Shown here: positions 12,001-17,436 of the stretch, one piece after another | Layout of the letters: each line of letters opens with the position of its first letter | Position numbering within the stretch: position 1 is the stretch's first letter | IMG/VR virus record: IMGVR_UViG_3300035422_000248 | Coordinates: 47,949-67,948 of that record | Reading direction: 5' to 3' (one strand) | Source: an uncultured virus (IMG/VR IMGVR_UViG_3300035422_000248) | Lineage: Duplodnaviria > Heunggongvirae > Uroviricota > Caudoviricetes | DNA length: 20,000 nucleotides | The notes under the pieces: generated by a model | The model's database searches: none | Told to the model about the DNA's origin: nothing | Seen by the model: only the letters and a program-made list of their open reading frames with translations | Position numbers and translations under genes: made by a program

Positions 12001-12173
12001 TCCTGCTCAATGACTTCATGAGCGGCTCGCAACTCCTCCTGCGGATCCACCGCCTCGGAGATATTCAATATTTGGTCGGGTGAGGTAAACTCATACTCAC
12101 CGCTCTGCGCGTCCATGACAACGACACTCTCCGAAGAGTTCCGTACGTCAACGGCAGTGCCGTCGGGGAACAT
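1..12173 (-). CDS. Giant DarB-like polyvalent protein (>=4057 aa, 3' end outside window): DdrB/ParB-like + inorganic pyrophosphatase-like + N6-adenine DNA methyltransferase + SNF2/SF2 helicase + zincin metallopeptidase
   Basis: ATG at 12173-12171 begins MFPDGTAVDVRNSSESVVV. The same frame still reads as protein at the left edge (EATEEYMSDLGGRIGSEGFEKMNRDELTLWGKIKAKVQQFLDKFLQGLKIA). The ORF track has no - strand ORF closing in this frame below 12173, consistent with no internal stop. Motifs translated by hand: VLSGNNRT, GTEGVDGDHIDVF, FSGWGG, VLEGSAGIG, NVPF, HEVGTGKT, DEAH, ATGTP, QRNGRALRQGN, HEVVGH. Confidence 0.93.
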   Translation of the reverse strand, partial: MFPDGTAVDVRNSSESVVVMDAQSGEYEFTSPDQILNISEAVDPQEELRAAHEVIEQEQMSMFSGRENPAEETAEVAEEPTGNNPDENIPVEGNNGEENIPTPNVEEYDRGYSDAIEEAESLTDERLATYVDALREGAQKQMQEQGRVDDYIRGRLEALEFVQQDRAANSVPKTDESVPNSTENAVSEGENVSETDASVGNGQETALSRIPLNEEGEPMFEAVEKETAWDGLVEAVGGESDAADIATAQVQQATSDLEALKKKPPTPKAPKLKGSPMAMAQAKREAAEKYQSELAQYNQQIADTQARLDAWNAILGVYTSRSAELRRQREEERRQRDAEAHDAAVAQFEEQQRIKAEKQAEQERVGVHAVNPKIKEKWDNTPKIEGNPDAITLPDGSTIHGRYVLTEAGAASASHDVNNAYEPTEGFPIDENGQSVNDRDYLRDKDAQRIVEQMAGAYDNRALQTPVIVSRDGVVLSGNNRTMSGDLAARQGTDKAYIDYLREFGQKYGFTPEQVAGMKNPRLVFVPDEALPYDATTFSRFNAQEMKSQSKPEAAVKLGKIVPDNIFNDLVGEISRYDRLSDYYADEKAVAHALGALMQAGVINDKQMPEMRTGTALSAAGKELIENTLIGKVFQTSPDAVRQIISMPTMRQSIVMGLNEIASNRTLSRSGYDLSEELSKAVDLVYRAKAAQPDIYTDGMPVSPFGRMQGLFDDEYGDSRVTDATTLLLADLLNSGKPSDLRKVLTSYNNEASQSASGQADLFTGEIPTKENILTNVNEHFRNATPREQQALVDAAIAERKRRAEAEAEQRGRGQASEQTPNVDERNAERSEPVAEERTDLEPLGNDRNDINEDTPEEAALRARISVGDEWEEAGPDEAHPIYKRKLYVDGKHEIIQTDAPDDKGSYTGSQLTYNGKDYGDLASIAQAIDTASAEPTEAQKAAGNYKMEHRRIDGYNISIENPKGSVRRGKNADGTEWETEMHNDYGYIRGTEGVDGDHIDVFLSDTPEEGDVFVIDQRNADGSFDEHKVMYGFPSEEVAREAYLSNYEAGWTGLGAITQVSKDEFKKWVQSSKRKTKPFSEYKSVKAVGASNAPAPAEPSAPYTITPSTYTNKAGKTTPMHAVSFATPPTYEQRKALAAFAREKADGRKARGWCSDKDTYSEWLFRTEEDARKAGEMIADKSGEAVADAQPMTAEELREAVAPAKKKPTSEKKPKKAAINRVSLEDVAKDLQTKGEAKLSDHAEPLSPKDKPADTPKEAQHEISDDEMQSLANELRDLLGIGEDEGDSTLKFRDPGELTPQERQRIQSAGIRLAMGLVERGTTSFPDYATKMVGLLGNKIRPWLKSFYEGARWTPGYENYAFTPSEEVARFDVQNFDKKQADPIAQAAMIVEERKASTASEQAQKELTEIRNNNRKKQDEQTAADTAALAEKAEAVASEAESLAETSEDTTALNRAGEEIDNTLDEINDQLALLGYYEAEADDAKFHESYGYMLTAEKKAVADATKLAKQLVNDLGLDIKVTSATTPLGRKSVKKGTAVRANLAPAGGDVTIALPLQDGRELHIYIGLDPVHRRGGDAYKNGYGYGDNLEVRSIMYRVEAPEVKGADRYGNNQWIQPDCTYSDFLNAVKYEARNYLPKAEEAEPYDAGGYWNRHEIAETEKNGFKVGEKVWYTRNDGKHKRELATIVDFGGGSDVTLDTGMAPVMYEACEWSQIEKQEPTTPKDKPAVAPKEDIFEEAARVAKEAQEKKPKAPAKKKAEVKPEQPIGDLFGGLFDEPISDEKKTDVQPRPGTTERAGGHEPQPNEPLGESQRNEVKRTDRGGMGGRDSDHPVSDGKGGAGVSEQPAKSALTTDKTSSHNERLPEGERRNVRNNHAERGVDYAPKGEDARIKANIEAIELAKQLLDAGETATPEQMEVLRKFSGWGGLGKAFNDNGYNPTVSRLRELLGEDGYNDAVMSRNSAYYTPAPVIDAMWNVARALGFKGGNVLEGSAGIGNILGLMPTDMSDRSNIHAVEIDRTTGGILSLLYPDARVDVQGFERTKVRNNSIDLAITNVPFVTGLHVKDDTGDKDLSKKFRNIHDFCIAKNVRKLREGGIGIFITSSGTMDNSKELRRWIINEGNTDVIGAFRMHNKTFGGTGATSDIIVVRKRVNGKQSANAIDVTDVTAVRVADYDTGDTRKVKGQEVPIIKPYSMTYNKYFAEHPENMAGEMMFNFERGETWQPTSRALFPSADKPQDKMLSEWVSRFADMEEDMSSLRSDHDVEEAVMRINEKLGDGVKEGSMVLNSQGELCMARMGEAVPIGLNKNKVKGHTKAECFNAYSAIKKALSDVLEYQSTNEDDAGLEPLLKELNRAFDTFTRTYGNLHKNTAISFLRNDVDFSSIMALETYSEKGDNKGNKVVKAGKTDIFSRRVIEKEKEPQPTTVKDGILASLYKSGSIDVDYISEALGKSKEQVKQEIVESGLGFENPSTGAMEVSYQYLSGNVREKLHIAQENNEDGRYNPNITALEKVMPMTIPAHLIEFSLGSSWIEPKLYEDFVEEKTGIRVKLTNAGGTWFMKTPWSTFNEKNRAMSVTSKMCDKTIMGHELIEAAITNKQITVSKTTKKWDGTSETITDKAATAECSTKIDEIRAEFKDWARERMQADPDMSARIEHTYNEQLNNYVPMSIPDEFVPKHFGGQVTELHGRPFALRPHQGRAVVRGTTEPILLAHEVGTGKTYTLITTAMEMRRLGTARKPMIVVQNATVGQFVESAKEIYPNAKVLTIEEADRTAEGRKNFYAKIKYNDWDMIVVPQSVFERIPDSEERELAYIQDVIEEKLKVLDAMREADDNGRSMIVRQAEKEIEEQRDRLAELTEAIQGKKKKRDEKREATTRQNAEVRAMEMLDREVDDVENFDDMGIDALLIDEAHEYKHLGFSTAMQRGVKGVDPSYSKKSQGVYLKTQAVMERNHGRNVVFATGTPISNTAAEIWTFMRYLMPADTMKEYGIYYFDDFVRNFGNLAQMVEFKTNGKFAEVSRFAGYVNLPELVRIWSGVADTVLTREAGGVSDKIPEMEGGKPTDIYLPQTRALRSVMKYVKAELDRYDKMEGKEKKENSHIPLTMYGIAKAAAVDARLVVDNAEDDPNSKTNATVRETLRSLKDSAKYKGTVAIFSDNYQNKRSGFNLYEEIRNKLIAEGVPAEQIVIIKSGMTIKKKLDIFEKVNAGEIRVILGSTFTLGTGVNIQERLHTLIHVDAPNRPMDYTQRNGRALRQGNLHKDMGIPVRIIRFGVEDSLDVTAYQRLKTKGAIADSIMNGSKMMQNSMENRVLEEEEDSFGDMTAQLSGSEYAILKNQAEREVRNLTAKQKGHEIDQIYIHNQLPKVEGLIKGAERRIEIETKNLEIIGKHWPDGTIKKITIGKLTFDSVGAMGDFFKEQNAKMNEAADQIQEGADNWISKLTIDVDGLPFEVTTNVSRIVDNNGQGQISFEPKREVTYSCEALGIKDRAVKGNRIKNIMEEIAERIVTGADSQELLSRGQKQLARYSDDYRQLKERNGREFPHKQQLAEAKARLAQYEEAMRKELEEKEKKYAEMDKSVDAASDITLDDDGEDTPTNGDGNKYRLVEEGPVLDFLNNQPLKKGFRYSQWANMGVLPPMTAKQNGEWRAPMIFSRWEQSEEGMMNANGKADLVQGNGRTTGGVAYNPYFHIRTSPLNDQFTAAYDRPELLVVEGYYPESEETSGYHAEGAKDSVGLMDWHSGSVNGQLSEETKVQTMLSRYFKPSRIVPWSEVADLIMERVGDQKVAFPINAVPPMLRAELAKRGAKFSGISGSVAEGDVTMLEDLRDRVNAGEWDAGLERAREYMDAYESSPEAKEARVESLSNDLHTHIRVIRNQSEVNNLSTRRERRAKGWWSSDDNGVVVVLPNNVNVADVDNTVVHEVVGHKGLRALIGEDRFDEFLGEVYAHASNPIRKVIDKMTDEMVSAEADRLRVRKSMAHERAGEDVNSHYYTDMAEARVEAEKKRGQFRNEATEEYMSDLGGRIGSEGFEKMNRDELTLWGKIKAKVQQFLDKFLQGLKIA
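120..560 (-). other. Zincin-like metallopeptidase domain of the giant protein (polyvalent-protein type, HExxxH)
   Basis: AKGWWSSDNNGVVVVLPNNVNVADVDNTVVHEVVGHKGLRALIG, with HEVVGH at 428-411 and a downstream acidic helix EATEEY at about 155-138. This layout is typical of the metallopeptidases in phage polyvalent proteins. Confidence 0.72.
2300..4110 (-). other. SNF2-like superfamily 2 helicase/translocase domains of the giant protein (DarB-type)
   Basis: Q-motif LRPHQ near 4090, Walker A HEVGTGKT (4040-4017), DEAH (3455-3444), motif III ATGTP (3302-3288), motif V LGTGVNIQ and motif VI QRNGRALRQGN (2444-2412). Confidence 0.92.
5700..6560 (-). other. N6-adenine DNA methyltransferase domain of the giant protein
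   Basis: LRKFSGWGG, then SAYYTP, then SAM-binding motif I VLEGSAGIG (6212-6186), AVEID, and catalytic motif IV NVPF (6011-6000). Motif I precedes motif IV, as in DarB-like MTase-helicase fusions. Confidence 0.92.
6620..6832 (-). CDS. Putative overprinted 70-aa helical protein nested in an alternative frame of the giant gene
   Basis: MKRKLTYNLAPALPSEQEDTNLNRMNRWERASGMKLSELTEEEWVDVIATILSLTVREAQEYLNSLRNQP has normal, amphipathic-helical composition. The host frame over the same interval is a G/R/P-rich disordered linker. Confidence 0.55.
   Translation of the reverse strand: MKRKLTYNLAPALPSEQEDTNLNRMNRWERASGMKLSELTEEEWVDVIATILSLTVREAQEYLNSLRNQP
6974..7020. repeat. 47-bp imperfect direct repeat, copy A (partner at 8396-8442)
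   Basis: 40/47 identity by manual alignment, with an exact 21-bp core CAGCAGGTTTGTCTTTGGGTG (6989-7009). Encodes EPTTPKDKPAVAPKE. Confidence 0.85.
8396..8442. repeat. 47-bp imperfect direct repeat, copy B (partner at 6974-7020)
   Basis: Exact 21-bp core at 8411-8431. Encodes EPLSPKDKPADTPKE. The offset between copies is 1422 bp (474 codons). Confidence 0.85.
8925..9370 (-). other. Inorganic pyrophosphatase-like (InPase) domain of the giant protein
   Basis: PTEAQKAAGNYKMEH...ISIENPKGSVRRG...MHNDYGYIRGTEGVDGDHIDVFL...FDEHKVMYGF. The YGYI..T...DGDxxD and DxK pattern mirrors family I PPase active-site motifs, as seen in phage polyvalent proteins. Confidence 0.88.
10490..11000 (-). other. DdrB-like ParB/Srx-fold domain of the giant protein
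   Basis: IHGRYVLTEA..SHD...NDRDY...LQTPVIVSRDGVVLSGNNRTMS...FSRFN. The PVIV..DG.V.SGNxR motif (about 10778-10731) corresponds to the ParB/Srx GxxR signature. Confidence 0.75.
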
Positions 12174-15100
12174 CACCACTTGACAACATAGACCTGCCTG
12201 TCATCAACTTTCATCGTGGCAGGGATAATCACACCGCTGTCCTTGTGGGTGCGCTTCTCCACAGCCTGCTCAACCTCCGCACGCTTGCGGTCAGCGGCCT
12301 CATTGGAAGCGTCCATAACGCCGTCAAGCGCGGCCTTGGCGTTGATGTAGTACAGAACCGCGTCCTGCTGTTCAACGGTCAGTTCGGGGTCATTGAGCAA
12401 ATCCCACGGATTTTCATTGAGGTGGAACATATAATATTCGCTCTCCGCTCCGAAAGCGTCCTCAACGCCTTGGTATGCCTCCTGCATACGTATGGTGATA
12501 GCGTCCACGTCAGCCTGCGCGGTCGGGTCACCCTGCTCAAAGCGGCCATACAGCAATCGCCCCTCCTTTTGCATACGCCACGCACGGATTACGTCCTTAC
12601 GATGTTCATCTTTGGCTTCTTGGTATGCCTTTTGCCAAACATCATTGGCATTGCGTGTGCGCTCTCCCTCGGTGTAAAGACGCTCGATATACATCTGAAT
12701 AGCATCCTGCTCTTTGGGTGTGCGGTCTTTGGCGCGTTTCTTCAGTGCAGTGTCAATATCAACACCGAATTTGTCATTTATATGCTCCCTCAACACTGCG
12801 GGATTAAGCAGGCTCTCTTTATACATTCCCTCGGCGAGAGTGTTGACATCATCAATTATCTTCTGCTCGGCTTCCGAAACATTCTCACCGCGCAGATACT
12901 TCTCATAGATATTCTCAATGCCTTCGGGAATGATGCCGTGCTTCTCGCTGACCTCCCAAACAACATTGTGGGCCGCTGTCCTCTGCATTTCTTGATTGGC
13001 AAACTGCTCGCCTACGTCCACCGAATTGAGTTCTGCCTGTCGCATGATGTTGTCAACCTCACCCTGCGCTTTCTCCTTGTTGGCAAACCTGCGACTGGTA
13101 ACGACATCGCCGTTGGCGTTGGTGGCGTTCACAATCACACTGCCGTCCTCGGCTGTGGTGGTCTGATACCCGGTGACGCTTGACATCGGGAGCATACGAC
13201 CCGTGAGGATATAGTAGGCTTTGGCGCGGGCCGCTTCACTGACCCTGCCGTCCTGCATCAGTTTCTCCATTGCCGAATAGCCGTCAAATTCGGGTCTGCC
13301 GTTGTATATGATCTCAGCCTCCGCACGCTCGGCTCTCAACTCGATTGCTCCCTCCGCAGGGTTAGGCTGTGAGATAGGACGCTCCTTGTCGCGGCTGAAC
13401 AGGTCGGCAAGTTCGCCATAACCTGCCCGGCGCAACTCCTCGCGCTCATCGGCTGTGAAAGATAGATCGTTCGGACTCGCGTCCATATTCTTGCGCAGAC
13501 GCTCCTCAAAGTTCATGCGGTTGTGAGTGCGCTCTGCCTGCGTCAGAGGTCTGCCCTCAGTCGGCTTGATAGGACGCAGACCTGCAATGACACGCGGTGC
13601 GCTCTTGATACCGTGCTGTGCCTTGAAGCCAAGCATCATTGCCATGTTGTCAGTCCACACGTCCATTGCATCACGCTCTCCGCTTATCCATTCGGGGATA
13701 GAGAAGATTGTACCCTCCGCAAGAGTGGACACTGCAACCTCACCACCGCGCACAGCCATCTTGCCTGCCGTGGAGGTCGTAACCTTGACCGCCTTGTCAG
13801 CCACATTGCCTATGAGAGGGGATGCAGTACCAACTATACCACCCATTATGAAACCATGCTTGGTGGCATTGAGTAGGTCTTGCCCGGAAAATCCGTTGGA
13901 AGTGCCGGTTGCATAGTCGGGCATACCCCCGGTTGAGGCTTGCTGTTGCAAGTTCTTTAATGTCTCATAAGTGGCAAAGTTAAATGCACCTCCGGCTGCA
14001 CCCTGCACAAGTCTCCCAGTGAGGGTTCTTGCTGCAATCCGCTCGGCCATTTCTTTCGTAGCACCTTTAATCATTTGCTTACCCGCAATCTTTAACGCCT
14101 GCTTTCCCGCTGCGCTCCCAACACCTCCCGATATGTATGTGGTCGGGTCAATTGCCATATTGCCGATTGTGCCGATTATATCAAGCACACGATGCTCTTG
14201 ACCGTATTGAGACATAGCAGCTTGGTCTGCTATTGTCATTCCATACGAGCCAGTCATAGCCGAAGCGGCCATATCCATTGCTTGATAAGTGGAAACGAAA
14301 GGCTGATCGGCAAGTTTTCGCAAAAAGAACTCAGTTTTACTCTTAGGCATACGCGAGTCTACAGCGTGCTGATAGACCGCTTGGTAAACTTCACCTTTGA
14401 GTGCTTCCTCTGCGGCTGACTGGACGGTACGCCCATTCAGTTCGTTGGTATGAGTTGAGAAATACTGCTGATAGGCCTGAAGTTGAGAATTGCGATACGA
14501 TGAGGGCAACCCGGCATAAACGCTTTCAGCCATTTTTTCAAGGTTGAATGTCTCCTTACGCTTGACTGCCCGATTGTAGTCTCGTAAGTTCTCTTCGGGA
14601 GTAGGCAGAGGCATTCCGTCCGGTCCATAGGCTCGGATATTGCTCCGAACGGAATTATTATACTCCTTGAGTTGGCGTGTGTATTCCTCATCAGCCTCTC
14701 TATCCTCGGCTTCGGCTTGCGCCCAGACATTGCTAAGAACTTTGCGCATAGGTGCCTCATAGTCCAACTGCGCCTGTTTCTGAACGTCCTCCTGCTTGCT
14801 CGGGTCAAGTCCGTTCTGCTTCATGCGCTCTACAAACTGATTGCGCAGACGGACCGTGCGTGCGCCGTACTCCGCTTGGTCTGCCTCGATAAGGCTTGTA
14901 GTCAGTCGGCCATCGGGCAACAACCACTCCGTGACAGGCTTGCCGTCCACATACTTCACTCCGTAGGGGACTGGAGACTGACCGCTCTGAATAGGCTTCT
15001 GCTCTGCACCGTCCGTCTCACCGCCTTGTGTATCGGGCGCGGACACTGATGTTGGGGGGGTAAGACCCATGACCTGCGTGGGAGTGCCTGCAAGCTGCGC

Positions 15101-15574
15101 TTGAAATTTCTTCGCTTTTAGTTTCTTGCGACCCTCCGGGGTGAAATGTTCGGTCATTCGCCGCGTCTGCTCAATCCTCGCCTTTGACCTTTGGTTGAAA
15201 TCGTTGAGCATGGTGTTCAACTGATACGACATTCGTATCTTATCCTGCTCCGAGGGTTTCCACGTCTGCGCAGGCTTCGGTGCTTTCTGCTCCGCTTGTG
15301 GGGCCGGTGCAGGTGTTTGAGCAACGGGAGCCGCCGGTGCGCTCTGCTGTTGTTTGGATGCAGGGGCAGGAGCGGCCTGCGGTTTCGGAGCATAGCCGAT
15401 ATTGCGCTCAAAGTCGGCATACGCCTCCATGTTGTAGCCATCTTTCACAAGAGCGTCATAGGCTGCTTTACGCTTCTTGGGGTCTTTGAGGTTCTCGCGG
15501 AATTGAGCCTCTGACTCCATAGCATACCCACTCTTGATAAAAGCGTTGTATAAATTGGTTACTTTATCTGCCAT
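12173..15574 (-). CDS. Large putative ejection/internal virion protein (1133 aa), possibly the N-terminal part of the giant polyvalent protein
   Basis: Long ORF starting 12 nt after the 422-aa gene. It has a duplicated N-terminal helical motif (LYNAFIKSGYAMESEAQF / AYDALVKDGYNMEAYADF), a P/A/Q linker, and G/A-rich hydrophobic segments (IIGTIGNMAIDPTTYISGGVGSAAG; GFIMGGIVGTASPLIG). It ends abruptly at VYVVKW*, with the TGA overlapping the next ATG. Confidence 0.85.
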   Translation of the reverse strand: MADKVTNLYNAFIKSGYAMESEAQFRENLKDPKKRKAAYDALVKDGYNMEAYADFERNIGYAPKPQAAPAPASKQQQSAPAAPVAQTPAPAPQAEQKAPKPAQTWKPSEQDKIRMSYQLNTMLNDFNQRSKARIEQTRRMTEHFTPEGRKKLKAKKFQAQLAGTPTQVMGLTPPTSVSAPDTQGGETDGAEQKPIQSGQSPVPYGVKYVDGKPVTEWLLPDGRLTTSLIEADQAEYGARTVRLRNQFVERMKQNGLDPSKQEDVQKQAQLDYEAPMRKVLSNVWAQAEAEDREADEEYTRQLKEYNNSVRSNIRAYGPDGMPLPTPEENLRDYNRAVKRKETFNLEKMAESVYAGLPSSYRNSQLQAYQQYFSTHTNELNGRTVQSAAEEALKGEVYQAVYQHAVDSRMPKSKTEFFLRKLADQPFVSTYQAMDMAASAMTGSYGMTIADQAAMSQYGQEHRVLDIIGTIGNMAIDPTTYISGGVGSAAGKQALKIAGKQMIKGATKEMAERIAARTLTGRLVQGAAGGAFNFATYETLKNLQQQASTGGMPDYATGTSNGFSGQDLLNATKHGFIMGGIVGTASPLIGNVADKAVKVTTSTAGKMAVRGGEVAVSTLAEGTIFSIPEWISGERDAMDVWTDNMAMMLGFKAQHGIKSAPRVIAGLRPIKPTEGRPLTQAERTHNRMNFEERLRKNMDASPNDLSFTADEREELRRAGYGELADLFSRDKERPISQPNPAEGAIELRAERAEAEIIYNGRPEFDGYSAMEKLMQDGRVSEAARAKAYYILTGRMLPMSSVTGYQTTTAEDGSVIVNATNANGDVVTSRRFANKEKAQGEVDNIMRQAELNSVDVGEQFANQEMQRTAAHNVVWEVSEKHGIIPEGIENIYEKYLRGENVSEAEQKIIDDVNTLAEGMYKESLLNPAVLREHINDKFGVDIDTALKKRAKDRTPKEQDAIQMYIERLYTEGERTRNANDVWQKAYQEAKDEHRKDVIRAWRMQKEGRLLYGRFEQGDPTAQADVDAITIRMQEAYQGVEDAFGAESEYYMFHLNENPWDLLNDPELTVEQQDAVLYYINAKAALDGVMDASNEAADRKRAEVEQAVEKRTHKDSGVIIPATMKVDDRQVYVVKW

Positions 15575-15586
15575 AATGGGTTATGA

Positions 15587-16855
15587 TTATGCGGTGGGAG
15601 ATTGGCGGCCGGTCGGACTGGGTTTGCCTGCGTGACCGCCTTTCTTGGTCTTGGTTTGTGATGTGGATGACTTCTTACCTCGTGCATCCGTTTTTTCGGT
15701 AGCGGTGACTTCGCTGACATCCTCCTCTTGCCATGTGCCGTGTTGCTTGGCAAAAGCCTCTGCAGCTTCCTTCGTTCGGAATGGATGTGCTTTGCCGTGT
15801 TCATCCCATGCCGTGAACTCCGACACGTTGGAGCGGTCATGCGCCCTCGCTGAAGCATAGGAGTTGGCGGCAGAGGCTCTTGAAGCACTCGCGGATGCGC
15901 GTTGTGCTTCTCCTCGCGCCTTTTCCGTACTGAGTTTTGCGGCTTGGAGTGCCGGAGCATTGTCGGCTTCTGCCTGCGCTGTCCTCGCGTCCTGCTCGGC
16001 TTTGTCTGCCTTACCTGCCTGTTCACGCTGTTTGTCGGGTTGCAGGAGGGCAAGCCAATTATGCTGTTCAGCTTTGCGCTGTGCCTCCTCACGAGCAAGT
16101 TTCTGACGCTCCTGCTGTGCTTCCAGTTCGCGCAAGGTCTTGGCACGATCGTTCTCAATGTCTCCGAGTTTGAGCGAGAAGTTGAGATACTCATCGCGTT
16201 TCTTCTCCCTCTCTGCTTTCAACTTCTCTATACGAGCGTCCACGGCATTAGTCATGCTGCTCTTCTCGTGGTTATACATATTCGGGGCATACTGCGAGGT
16301 GAAGAAAAGATTGCTCAACGCGCCTATGCCGTCACTGATAGCGGCAATAATCTTCTTTGACTTCTCCCTGCGCTCGCGCTTCTTGCGCTGTTCAGCGGTC
16401 TCCGGGCGATTTTCCTCCGCGTTCATCCAGTCTTGGATAGTCTTGATTTGGCGGTCTGACCCTGCAACGGCCTCGGCACGCTGACGCTCATTCTCTGCGC
16501 GTTCGCGTTCCTCCTCGGCTCGTTTCTTCTCTTCATCCGTGGGTGAGGCTTCTTCATGCTCTGTATCCGATGCAGGGATCGGCTTTGACTCCGCTCCGTC
16601 ATCTTCTTTGTCCGCATTGACGGCAGGAGCCTCAATCGGTTTAGCCGATACAACCTCTTGCCCTGCTTCGGGTGCGCCTGCAAGGTCTGAGGATATTGGA
16701 GGAGGTACGGAAGCCGAAGCCACGGCGGTACCGGTCATGGGAGACTTGGGAGTGCCGTCATTCCCTCCCGGCATAGATACGGGCGCACCCTCAATCTCCG
16801 TAGCGAAACCCGGATTTGAGGGAACGACATCAATTGGTTTGTTGTTCTGTATCAT
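15587..16855 (-). CDS. Putative ejection/DNA-transfer protein (422 aa, coiled-coil)
   Basis: Acidic disordered N-terminus, one hydrophobic helix (IIAAISDGIGALSNLFFTS), long E/K/R/A coiled-coil and a basic tail. It is the middle gene of a tightly packed operon. The function is inferred from composition and synteny only. Confidence 0.8.
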   Translation of the reverse strand: MIQNNKPIDVVPSNPGFATEIEGAPVSMPGGNDGTPKSPMTGTAVASASVPPPISSDLAGAPEAGQEVVSAKPIEAPAVNADKEDDGAESKPIPASDTEHEEASPTDEEKKRAEEERERAENERQRAEAVAGSDRQIKTIQDWMNAEENRPETAEQRKKRERREKSKKIIAAISDGIGALSNLFFTSQYAPNMYNHEKSSMTNAVDARIEKLKAEREKKRDEYLNFSLKLGDIENDRAKTLRELEAQQERQKLAREEAQRKAEQHNWLALLQPDKQREQAGKADKAEQDARTAQAEADNAPALQAAKLSTEKARGEAQRASASASRASAANSYASARAHDRSNVSEFTAWDEHGKAHPFRTKEAAEAFAKQHGTWQEEDVSEVTATEKTDARGKKSSTSQTKTKKGGHAGKPSPTGRQSPTA

Positions 16856-16865
16856 CTGATGAGGG

Positions 16866-17357
16866 TTAGAACGCGCCTGCTATCCCTGCGCCTGCCTGTG
16901 CCACACCCTGCACGGCAGAACTGATAGCCTGCGCTTTGTTGATTTCAAGATTGTTCAGAGCGTCATTTATCTGCGCGTCCTTCTGCTGATAGGTCTGCTC
17001 GATTTGGTCTTTGCGTGCCTCGGCATTGACGGCGATCTGCGAAGTTGCATCGGCGAGAGCCTGATTGTTGGCAGCTTTGGCGGCTGCAACGCTCTCCTCC
17101 GTGCCTCCCATGACAGCCTGCGCCCCGGCGGCTTGGCGGTTGCGGTTCTTGATAGACTCCTCCGTCTTGGTGAGGATACGTTGAGCATCGGCACGCTGTG
17201 TCGCGTCCTCATTGTATCTGCGGTCGTACCAGTCTTGATTTGCCTGCTTCTGCGCCTGCAAATTCTTCTTGACTTTCTTCATGGCTTTACTTGCCGAAAT
17301 ACCGCCGAAAATACTCCCGACTGCCGACAAGCCTGCGCCTACTAAACTTCCTATCAT
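16866..17357 (-). CDS. Small putative ejection/DNA pilot-like internal virion protein (163 aa)
   Basis: G/A-rich hydrophobic N-terminus (MIGSLVGAGLSAVGSIFGGISAS), Q/N/A-rich coiled-coil core and G/A-rich hydrophobic C-terminus (AVQGVAQAGAGIAGAF). This architecture is typical of small podoviral ejection proteins (P22 gp7/T7 gp14 role). Confidence 0.8.
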   Translation of the reverse strand: MIGSLVGAGLSAVGSIFGGISASKAMKKVKKNLQAQKQANQDWYDRRYNEDATQRADAQRILTKTEESIKNRNRQAAGAQAVMGGTEESVAAAKAANNQALADATSQIAVNAEARKDQIEQTYQQKDAQINDALNNLEINKAQAISSAVQGVAQAGAGIAGAF

Positions 17358-17390
17358 GGTTGCGATATTTCAAAAGTTATAATTCCTGCG

Positions 17391-17412
17391 CGAAGATACG
17401 GACGTATCTTTG
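17391..17412. promoter_or_regulatory. Back-to-back Bacteroidetes-type -7 promoter boxes forming a palindrome (divergent promoter)
   Basis: The + strand has TATCTTTG at 17405-17412 (consensus TAnnTTTG), 24 nt before ATG 17437. The - strand has TATCTTCG at 17398-17391, 33 nt before ATG 17357. Together they form AAGATACG-GA-CGTATCTT. No clear -33 boxes were found. Confidence 0.65.
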
Positions 17413-17436
17413 TTCCCAACTTTTAAGTATTGTATC

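Noticed and set aside
1..12173. Interpreting the MTase plus helicase as a host type I/III restriction-modification or DISARM/BREX defence locus, or the giant ORF as a virion RNA polymerase
   Set aside because: In the parts I translated I saw no specificity subunit, PD-(D/E)xK nuclease or RNA polymerase DxDGD-type catalytic context; the DGDHID motif belongs to the PPase-like domain. The context is a phage virion operon, which fits a DarB-like protein.
15559..16194. 211-aa - strand ORF overlapping the 422-aa gene and the start of the 1133-aa gene
   Set aside because: Its R/S/P/H-rich composition is what an off-frame read of an E/A/K-rich coiled-coil gene produces, and I see no slippery site.
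345..17345. Many + strand ORFs of 60-383 aa (e.g. 1647-2270, 3321-4172, 6681-7832, 8994-9653, 12245-13183)
   Set aside because: They lie antisense to long, motif-bearing - strand genes and show the L/V/F/H- or S-rich composition typical of antisense shadows. None has a recognisable motif.
17410..17436. TTG start proposed by the ORF track for the TerS-like gene
   Set aside because: It falls inside the putative -7 promoter box. ATG 17437 gives the typical MAKGKKTGGR N-terminus.
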